Source of the DNA: Lytechinus pictus
Taxonomy: Eukaryota
Reading direction: 5' to 3'
Assembly (NCBI RefSeq): GCF_037042905.1
Contig: NC_087247.1
Span: forward strand, 26,164,001 to 26,228,000
DNA length: 64,000 nt
Below the pieces are notes generated by a model. That model saw only the letters and a list, made by a program, of their open reading frames with translations. It made no database searches and was not told the origin of the DNA. Below, one piece after another: positions 11,713-22,700 of the stretch (position 1 is its first letter; every line of letters begins with the position of its first letter). Made by a program: the position numbers and the translations under genes.

Positions 11713-13475
11713 GTATACACTACGTGCTGGACCGATAGGTGTAAGTGCAGCGGCTGCCTATATTATAATTAAATCTTATTAAAAAAGAAATATATGCGCC
11801 AATCAAAATGATCTTATCATATCATGGAAAGACTTCCATATGACCCGTCCACTTTCTAACAAAATTCTACGAAAACCCCCCTATGTTTAATGTTTTTAGG
11901 ATTTTCAGTCGTGAAGGGCATACATGGGCGGAAATCTGTCCCCAAAGGTAGGGGGGACCAGGGACTGGAAACTTTGACAAGCAAAAAAAAAATTAAGCTG
12001 AGAATGATCGACAGACAAAAAAAAAAGTTGCCAATGATTTCCATGCAAAAGGAAGGTAGAAAGAATTTTGATCTTTCATATAACTTTTGGAAAAAAATAA
12101 TTAGAATTGGTACAGTGAGAATCTCCCATCCACCCCCCTCCAAAAAATGAATTATCTGATGACCATGCCAATATTGAAATTGCATCCATTCCATCTATTA
12201 TGTTGCTTCTTTTGGGTTGTTCATCACATAATAAACTTTTTTCTCTCTCTCTCCCGAGCTACTTTTGTCTTATGCCCCTTTACCTCACCCCTTCCTAGAT
12301 ATCCCACTACATATATGATACTATATAGTACAGTAGTCTTTAAAATTTATCAGAATAAAAGTGATTACAAAATTGTATGATAATCATAATAATAAATGAT
12401 AAAATAATAATAATATCTTATTTTACCCAGGGTGGCCACTTAAGTTCCTAAAACTATTCTCCCATTTGGTCCTGCTGAACATGATAATTTTGTTATCCCT
12501 TCAGCATTATTCATCATAACATTCTCCCACCAGAAAATATAAGTTACCATGCATGAGTGTTTCCAAAAGAAAACAAGATGCAAAGGAATTGATACAGGAT
12601 AGATTAGAGTAATTTTGAAATGTTTTTTTTTAACCTTTAATTTGTGCTTGGCAGTGTTCACCTTAAATTCATGCATTTTGACAATATCCTTCAAATATTT
12701 TACACATGGTGGCTTGTCTCATGTAAAGGCGAGAAAAGTGCATGAAATTTTGTGTGTATGAAGCTCTGTCAGAAACAGGCATTTAGGTCATTTAGGTTTC
12801 AGTCACAACTCAGAGCGGCGACCGACCAATTAGTAGCCTGCTCGGGTGGTGCTGGAATTTAGGTATCACCCAACGATTTTGTAGAAGCCGAGCGGCTGTG
12901 AAGACCAGTGTCTGAGTAGTGCCCTATCTATTATCCATTACTCAAGGCCAAATCTGGGTCAAATCAGGGGAACTTTTCTGTTTTGCATCCGAGTAGTGAT
13001 CGGCTGACGACCCATCGATTCCTGGGCGGTCTCCCACCGGCCACCAGCCTATTTTTAAGTAATTGCCCAACCAATCTTGAATTCGACACTGGCGACCAGT
13101 CGGTGACCGCTCGACAGCTTTGATCCAACAATTGACCTACTTCGTTCGACGACCAACTGGGCACCGAGCATGAAAAGTGAGCAGGCACCGCCAGAATTTT
13201 AACTCACGGTGATGCAGTATATGCAGACACTCAGTACATTTGTTATGCACTTTTGCTTTTGATACAAGTCATTGAATTATAATGACAAATGCTCAACTGG
13301 GAAATTTGTGTTGGTTTTAGCAAAATCATATTTGGATTGGGGAAATTGAAATTTGAAGATGGTGGACAGAGCCTTTCTCATGTACATGTAGGTACAATGT
13401 TTATTTCATCTTTTCTTCCCTTTTCCGTAGGTTTTATTTGGTATTTCCATACATGTACCAAAGCAAGGATGTTTC

Positions 13476-13950
13476 TACAGTTCGAGTAAAAAAAAATTGA
13501 CACCTCACAAATCCTAATTTAAGGAAAAGGTCATGAACGCATAATCATTATATATGGCTGGAAAGAGTATCTTCTCTAAAATAGTTTTATACCATATTTA
13601 TGTGGTATGTCTTCACACTTGGATAATCAGTAGGTATTGTTTGCGCCAAAGTAAGTTATGACTGCAAATCTGCAATGAATGAATCCAGATGTCAATGGTG
13701 TCATAATCTTGCCTGAAGGAAGTTCAGCAGAGACCTTGTTTCCTGTTGATCTGTTATGCGTAAGTCACACGGCCACTTACGGTAGCTGTAGATGCTTATG
13801 GATATAAAATTATTATTATTATCTATAAAATTATATTATTATGAAATTATTTTGGAGAAGATACTCTTTCAGGCCACATATATGTTCATGACATATTTTT
13901 CCATATTAGGGATTTGTGAGGTGTCAAGTTTATTTTTGACTCAAACGTTA
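13476..13950. mobile_element. Tc1/mariner-like non-autonomous element
   Basis: Inverted ends tacagttcgagtaaaaaaaaattgacacctcacaaatcctaat / attagggatttgtgaggtgtcaagtttatttttgactcaaacgtta. Confidence 0.55.
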
Positions 13951-14190
13951 GGGGAGATCGGTGTTGTATTATTAATAGCAATAAATTGAGGGCAGTATTG
14001 CATAAATTTTTTTTACAGGCGTTAAAGAAAATTACAATGTTTCAACTTACCCCGATCTCCCCTATAATGAATTGCAGAATGTAGGACAGGCTGCCATGAG
14101 CATTCCACCTGTTATAACAATCTACTTTATCTTATTCACAGATCTGATGTGTTTGCTGTAAAGTGTATTTGAAGAATTTCATCACACAAC

Positions 14191-16788
14191 ATGGAAGTTG
14201 CAGACTACCAGTCAGCCTTTGAAGATTACCTGCGCAACAAGGAGACCTTCAAGTGCTCCAAGAAAGAAATGGATTCCTTCCTGCTAACTCTACCCATTAC
14301 TAAAGAGATCAGGAATCATTTGAAGAAAACCACTTTGGAAAATCCTCCTACAACTCTTGAGGTTCTTGGCCAGACAGTATCTCTTTCCAGTAGCTATATC
14401 AAGGGTATAAAAGCAATACAGAACATTCTGAAGAAAGACAAGAGTGAGAATATAAAGTTGAGCTGTATCATCCAGCGTATTCGTGACTTGATGGGCAGTA
14501 CCCATAACAAGCTGGTTTGGGAGATTTCAACGATTCTTGACATTTCAGGTGAAAAGAAGGTTTCTCTAGGGATTTGTAAGAAGAAGCAACGCTTATGTGA
14601 TGCAAAAGTGAAGATGCATCATTATCTCCTGATGGAAGGATTGCAAGATGTTATTGCCAGTCTTACAGAAAATGGACCAAATTCTGTAGAGGAACTGTGG
14701 AAATCTTGTAAAAGCTCATCTGCTCCACTTGCTATGTCAAAAGTGGGCATGAGTCACAGAAGATTTGAGGCGACACTGATGAGCTATCCTGAAGCTTTCC
14801 AAGTTGAAGATGGTAAAATGTTCTTAAATGAAAACCCGCAAATCACATACTCTGTGATCCTTAGCCATATGCAGTCAGGTAAACTTAAGCTCAGAGATCA
14901 CCTGTATAACCAAGGTGCACTTCTGAAGAATGAGCTGTTCCATTCAGCCCCACATCTCCTTAATAGAGCAGAAATGCTTGCAATGGGAGAAGGCATGGAA
15001 ATGTTCAACTTTACTCTGCAGTCGCTGAGTAATGACTTTCTTATCATAATTCCTCACATGCTAGTTGTTGTCAAAGGAACATCCCAGATACAGGACAACC
15101 CCTTTGTAAGTGCCATCTCCAAGATCAAAGGTTTCATCAGAATTGCCCAAGGTTCATCTCAAGCTCAGAATAATCCTTTGGTGAGTGCGGTGTCCAGGTT
15201 CAAAGATTTTGTCAGAGGCAAAAATACTGGAGACATCCCTACAATGAGTCAACTTTTGGTATTCGTCAATGATACACTGAATCCGAGAGAGCAAGCAGCT
15301 GTTGGAAGCACTAGCCACAAGCTCAGAGAAACAATCACTGCATATCCAGACCACTTTGCCGTGAATAATGACAGGGTGTTTGTCAAGTCGGATGATGTCA
15401 TTCTTCCAGATATGAATTCAAAAGTTGCACATAATACTTCAGTTACCATAGAAGATCAAGCAGGTGATAGAAATGGATGTTTGCCAGATCAGTGCACTGA
15501 ATCCTCTGAAGCTCTGGCACACTCTAATGCTCTTGATCAAGAAATAGAGTCACTTCAAATTGGTATTGATGTTAGTAGCTCTGTTCTAAGTACTGAAGAT
15601 TCTGAATTGTCCCCAAACTCTGATGATTCTAGTCTGGATGCTGGTTCTCTTGGCACAGAAAATGTATGTACACTATGTACAAGCACTTTAAGCAGCTCCA
15701 TCCACAACACTGAAAAACCAGGATGCTCAGAAAACTTAGGTTCTGTTGATGATCATGAAACAAATTTGCCACATTCAGATAACATAGAATGCAGCTCAGT
15801 GCAGTATGCTGAAGATAGTAGAGACACTCCTGATCGAGACCATGGTTCACTGATCACGGATGATGCTGTATCTAGCACTGGACAACTGGAAGGCACATCA
15901 AACTCTGATGCCCTTGATCAGAAGACAGGATCACCTTGCACTGATGATGGTGTTTATAGCTCTGTTCAAAATGTTGAACTTCCTGAAGACTCGGCAGACT
16001 CTGACCTGTGTGATCAAGAAACTGATTCATCCCATACTAATAATGAGGCATGTACATGTAGCTCTGTCCAAAACGTGGAACTCCCTGGCGGCATGCAAGT
16101 CTCTGAAACTTCTGATGGAGATACTGATTTGTTGTGCAATGATGATAGTTTTCATACTCAGATCACAGACCAACGTGAAGACTCTGTAAACTCTGCCTCT
16201 CTTGATAAAGAAAAACATGTTCCAGAAAATGATAATGATGTCTCCAACTCTATTCAGTCCACTGGTCAGTCTTCTGCAGACCTCAGACCCTCAGACCTTG
16301 TTGATCATGGCCCAGCATCACCTAGAAGAGGTAACAATCAATGTAGCACTGATCATATCACTGGCCATCCTCTAAACTTGGTAAATTCCAATGGCAATAA
16401 AGACTTACCATGCCCCAGCAATGATGTAAGTAGCTTTGTTAAAAAGACTGAATGTTCTGATGATGTCCCAAACTTGGACACTCTTGATATTGACACTGAT
16501 GTAACATACTCTGCTCATGATATTGCACGCTACTCTCAGAAGACCAAAGATTTTGAAGATTTCTCATTTTCAAATAAGAGATCTTCACTTCAGACCATTA
16601 ATGACGAACTTGATGGTAGCTTGGATCAGTCTATGTCTTTAGGGCAAGATGAAGTTGAATCTCTTGGGAGTGACATCATATCAGACTCCGAGTCTCTTCA
16701 TTCTGGGATGAGTAATGAAATAGGGAACCTGGAACCAGCTAGTGCACCTGCAGAAACAGAAGGTCAGGATACAGTTACTGTTCTTCAG
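14191..16788 (+). CDS. Gene B first coding exon: winged-helix-like repeats (aa ~1-400) and acidic Ser/Asp-rich repeat region
   Basis: 869 aa ORF preceded by the acceptor cttattcacag (exon start 14142) and ending at the donor cag/gtgagc (16788). Recurrent G-x-S/T-x3-L/F-x3-L-x2-YP-x2-F-x-V pattern. Confidence 0.9.
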
Positions 16789-19700
16789 GTGAGCCACTGA
16801 TGAATCTATTCCCAAACTTCATCATAAATATATATGTTTTTGTTTGTTCAATACTTCCGCAACTACCTTTATTATGCTCCATTACTGTAGAGTGCTTAGA
16901 GATTCCTGATATAGTATTAAAGTGTTAAGTGCTATATAAGCAAGTATATTTATTATTATCATTATTAAAGTTACATTTAAGCTCCTCATGGATGTAATGA
17001 CAAAGAGCAAGTTGAAGGAGCTTTGGCTCTTAAGCAAATTATTATTTGACAGAGAATGGGAGGTTTATTATAATCTTTTTTAATCCTGTCCTGAAGTGAG
17101 ACAATTTAATGTATTCTATTGCATTTTGGTAATGTGTACAATCATTTTTGTATGTTCTCTCACACATTCTGCAGGACTTCAACTATTTTGGTGAACTGAT
17201 CAAAGATTTTCTAAGCAAGTCAATCTATCCGATACTTTCTGTGTCTTTATTTGATGGTTGGTTGATTGTTGGTCTCTGGGATGGCCCTACGTTTGCTATC
17301 TCCTTCACCTTGACATCTGGTGATCAGAAGAAGGTGCTTGGACCGTCAAAAAGGACCGCATTGGATTTCTTGACCAGTGGGTCAATCTTGAAGGTACTTT
17401 GTGTTCTCAATTGTGAACATGTGTAATTTTGAAATGTAAAATGTAAGATTGTCATTAACTCCATCGGGTATGTTTGCCAGTCAGTTAACTTTAAGTGTTT
17501 TATGTCTATCTTGTGAGGGCAATCTCCTATTCTTGGTAGCCACTGGTTGTACTTGAACATTTTGAGCTAGGATGTAGGACGCTACCAGTGAGAGAGAGAT
17601 ATCTCTGGTTGCCAGAATGTAAGAGGAGGAAGCTATCAGTATAATGGGTTCTCATTTCTGACATATCAAAAAAATAGAAATGTACAATCATGGAACGGGT
17701 AAAGAGATATGCAAGTAGTAATAATTTCATGCTTATGTTTCTTAATTGTAGGAAGATCTCTACCTGTTTTCCTTCTGTTGCATTTGAACTTCCTCTTTGA
17801 TTCCTCATTTTTACTGTAGGTTGTGTTTGGTAAGAAGCTTCTTACAGAGGTCAGTGATACTATGGGAATCAAGATGATCAATGTGTTTGATTTGCAGGTA
17901 AGTTTGTAAATAATATAATGTAGTAAGAGTATAAGAGACAGAAAAATCGCATTATCATAAAAGCATAAAAGGTAAGGAATCATTTTTGCAGCAGCAAAAA
18001 GGTTATAAAAGCTGAAATGTTTGTGGTAATTTTACTAGCTGATACCACGAGAATATCCACTTCTGTATAATGGTGCTGTACCGAAAACAATTGGAATCCC
18101 AAATTTAATCAAGAACTGCAGGTGAACGGAAGCTAAGTAGAAATTTGTATTAAAAATCATCTAGGCTCTTGTGTTGAATAAGCATGATATATTCTGTCTA
18201 AATAAGACTAAAATAGCCATGGATCAGTAAATTGCAATCTCAGTATACACATTTTTTCCTTATTTTGCAGGAGGCAGAACGTCTCATAAAAAACAATGCC
18301 AAGAAATCCCAGACATTGCCGGAGTCTCTGAATTTTTTTGGCATCGATCCTTGTCCTGTTGTGGAGGTGTGCATAGGAACCATTCAAGCTCCTAGCTCTG
18401 GTGAGGTATACAGCAAGGAAGCTATCCTCAAGCTCAAGGAAACAGCAAGATGGACCATGAAGCAAGTCCCATATCTCTATCAAAAGATGTTAGGGTGAGT
18501 CCAGATCTGTGGTCTAAGTTTTTGTACATTTTGATGCCATTCAAACAAGTACTCAAAATGATACTAGAACTCATGCAACTGAAGATGGAACTGCCATAAA
18601 TCAACAACTACATATGTGACCAGCCACCCCCGAACCAACAATAAGTCACCAAGGAATTACTATTCGGTCATCAAAAAGCAAAAATAAGAAAATTAGCTTA
18701 TAAATCTGAAAGAGTAATTCTTTATACTGTCGAAATGTGAAGTTGTAAATTTGAATAAAATACAAGATAAAAGGTTTTTTTTTGACAGTTGACACCTTTT
18801 TTTTTTCCGGACAACTGGGAAGTGTCACCGAGATTGCACATCTCATGATTGATTAAACCCGAGACTTCAAACAATCTTTTACCTTATTCATGAAGCACTC
18901 ACTGAATTTCTTCTCCATTCAATAAAGTACTCGAGTTGGTTATTATTGATCAATTATTGACAAGTCATATATCATGTTAACCCTTGGGATGGGTTTTTTA
19001 AAACTTGATGAAATATCTCAAAATTCATTTTGGCCGATTAATTGTTGGTTTTGGGGTGGCTGTTTATATTTGTTTAGATAAGTACATGAAAATGAATAAT
19101 TTCCCTTTCCTAACACTAAAGCAGATCACATACATTGTGTCCCTTGAACATGGTCTTACCAGTGCTCAAAGGTGATGTTATTAACCAGCTTGTCAGTCTT
19201 CATTGGCTGTTAATTCCATATTGTCACAGAATGATGTTGCCACATCAGATCACCGATGTGAGCCAACTATACTGTAGAGAAGTTGAAGATCTACCTTCAA
19301 CATCAAGCAAGACAAAAGAACCTCCCTACGGTACTACAATATCTGGGACCAGTAGCCAGAATCCCTCTGCATCTTCAGCATCAGTGAGTGTTTCTCAAGA
19401 TTATTCCCTTGTGACATCATCTACAACATCGCAGAAGCTTGATCCAGTATCGTCAGCGAAAGAAAAGGCCACTTCTGAGAAGCCTGTGTCGGTTCATAGA
19501 GTGTCATCCACTTCTGATGACTTAGTTGAACCTGAAACTGTGAGTCAAGCCCGGCCGACTAATGGCCTAGTTGATATGGAGGTAACTAGAAAAAAAATTA
19601 TGTTCATGAATAGGACAGTAAAACTTGCATGAGTCAAGTCAGTTTGTCCTGATAAATGGCATTGAATTATGAAAAGAGTGGCTTATTCAAGTTTCACTGT

Positions 19701-22700
19701 ATCATTATACCCCCGCCAAATGAAGTTTGAAGGGGGTATATATGAATCATGGTAGGTCGGTCGGTCGGTTACAAATCTTGCGCATTGAACTACTTCCTCA
19801 TTTTTTAATCAATTCTCATGAAATACATATTGGTGTTGGGGTGAAGATGTGCAAGACACAATTTTCGCATGTGTCTGATATTGTGTTGCCATGGTAGTAG
19901 TATAATTTGGCAAAAATAAGGTAAAGAATTTGCAGCCCAACCTACTTCCTCAGTTTTTTACCATTTTTTTTTTTTTTTTGGCAAACACATTGGTATTAAT
20001 GTAAAGATGTGCAAAACATATTTTTTGTATGTGATAGAAATCATGTTGCCATGGTGGTAACAACACATTTGGCAAAAATTAAGTAAAAAAGTTGCAGTTT
20101 TAATTACTTCATCAATTTTCAACCAATTCTCTTGAAATTTGGCTCACACATTGGTCTTGAGGTAAAATATGTTCAGGACATATTTTTGCATGTGTCAGAA
20201 ATCATGTTTCCATTGTAACAATATATTATATGTCAAAAATTAGGCAAAAATCTTCCGGTTTGAACTAATTCATCACTTTTAAACAGTTCTCATGATATAT
20301 TGTTCACACATAGGTATTGGGGTAAAGATGGGCAAAATATAGTATTGTCAATGTGTTGGAAAGTTTTTTCATGGTTATGGCGTGGGTAGGGGTATTAATC
20401 ACCTTCAGTGATATTTCTAGTTAAAAAAGTTAGTCAGTCATATTTTTTTTCAGATAAAGAGAGGGAAATAGGTCACATGTTCTAGACCACCATCACTTCA
20501 TTAATATATTTTGCTTTACATTGATTAGATATGAGCTTGCTGAAGGGGAATTCATTTTGATTGATCGAAGCCAAAGCTTTTTTTCACTGAAATGCACTTT
20601 AGTTATTCCCTCATTTGTCTCGAGAATGATATCTTGGAAGCTGCATATGATATGAAAAAAAAAACATTAAAGGCCAATGTCTAATGACTCTAAATAACAC
20701 AGCAGTAAATTCATGAAATCCAGTATCATCCTGTGAAGGTCTCTGCCTTGTAACACTGTTCATTACTTTTCTGTTCCCAGGAAAACCTTCATCCTGATCT
20801 ACTGACAGGGCCTGGGCCGGATTCCATCCTACCTGCCAAAGACAAGGAATCCAGGCCAATCAGCTCCATTACCACATCTCGTAGATCAGAAAAGAAACAC
20901 ATAACAATGCCGCAAGAAAAAGCCACTGATAAGGTCCCCAAAGGATCGGGAAGTACCACCCCACAGACGGCTAGTGAACAAGAGATGTCTCAGCAGTCGT
21001 CACCAATGGCCAATGACAAAGTGATCCACTACGATGATGCAGGAAAACCAACTCTCGTTCCTTTTACAAGCAAGGTAGGTACTGTTTGAAAGACTTATTT
21101 AAGGGATCTGAAATGTGGAAAATTACCAAATCATTTGTCCCCAGCAGGCACCATCATTCTTCAGGTATTTATTTGTTGTGTTTTCCTCTTCTGAGAATAG
21201 GTAGTCGCCTGGGGCATTATGTTTTCAGGGGACCGTTTCATGGAAGTTGTCATCACCGGCAAGTTGTCTTCCTCCGACAGTTACCATAGCTACAGTCAGA
21301 GGCCAGAGCTTCTGAGTCAATCAGAGCCAAGGATTTCACTGAAATTGTCAGTGCTGACAACTTTCATGATACACCCCCGGTTCCTCTGTCTGTCTTGTTA
21401 TTTTCTAATGCCATAATTAAAAAACAATGTAATAAAATTCTAATTTGGCTCATTTCAATTCAATTCAATTTCAATTCAATTCAATTCAATTCAATTCAAT
21501 TTCAATTTTATTTCAATCATAAAATCATAAAATATATACAAAGTAACATGCAACAATCGAGATTTAATCTAATGAATGAAATTGGAGACTAATATGAAAG
21601 TTTAAAAAACTTGTGAGTCATAGTCCCCCAAAACAGGGAAAAGAAACACATGTTACGATATAATATAAACACACACACACCATCACACACACACACACAC
21701 CATCACACGCATGATACATAGGTACTTAAAATAGAGTTACAAGGAATAGGAAGAGACGAGCTGTCTCTTCAATAAGACCTTAAAAGATGACAATGTAGTG
21801 CATGACATAAAATTATTAGGTAAATTGTTCCAAATACGGGGACCGTTGTGTCTAAGAGAGTTGAGTAAGGACTGAGACGAAACCTTTGGGTAATGGTATT
21901 TTATACATGAGCGGGTATTATGGGAATGGATAGATTTATTAAGAGTAAACATTTGACAAATTATTTTAGGTGCAATACTATTATTAACATTAAACATCAT
22001 TATGGCAATTTGGAATGTATATATATCATAAATCGTAAGTGTTTGTAACCTAAAAAATAAAGGACGAGAGTGAGCTTGAAAATGAGAATTCGTACATATT
22101 CTAAGAGCTTTCTTTTGGAGTTTGTATAAAGATTCTAATTTAGTTTTACCCACTGCTGCCCAGGTAATGGTACAATAATATAAGTATGGTAAAATTAAAC
22201 AGTTATACAACATCAATAATACATTTTGAGGTAGGGATATACGTAATTTACGGAGGATACCAATGTTTTTAGATATTTTGTTTGCAATATATTGACGATG
22301 GTCCTGGAAAGATAAAGTATCATCAAGAATTATTCCTAAAAATTTAACTGAAGTACACACATTCAAATTAACATGGTTTATAAGTATTCTAATATCCTTA
22401 CAATTATATGGGTGGGATTTTCTATTAAAATATAATACACACGTTTTGTCATTGTTTATGATTAATTCATTAGCATCAAACCATTGTATAACATTTTCTA
22501 ATTCTCTATTTACCTGTAATATTAATCTATTGAAATCTTTATGACATGCAATTAAGTTGGTATCGTCGGCAAACAGTATAAAACGAAAAAAGGATGAAGA
22601 AGAGCTCAGATCATTTATATAGATCAAGAAAAGGAGAGGACCCAGTATAGAGCCCTGTGGGACTCCACACTGGATCCTCTTTCTATCGGAAACAAAATTA

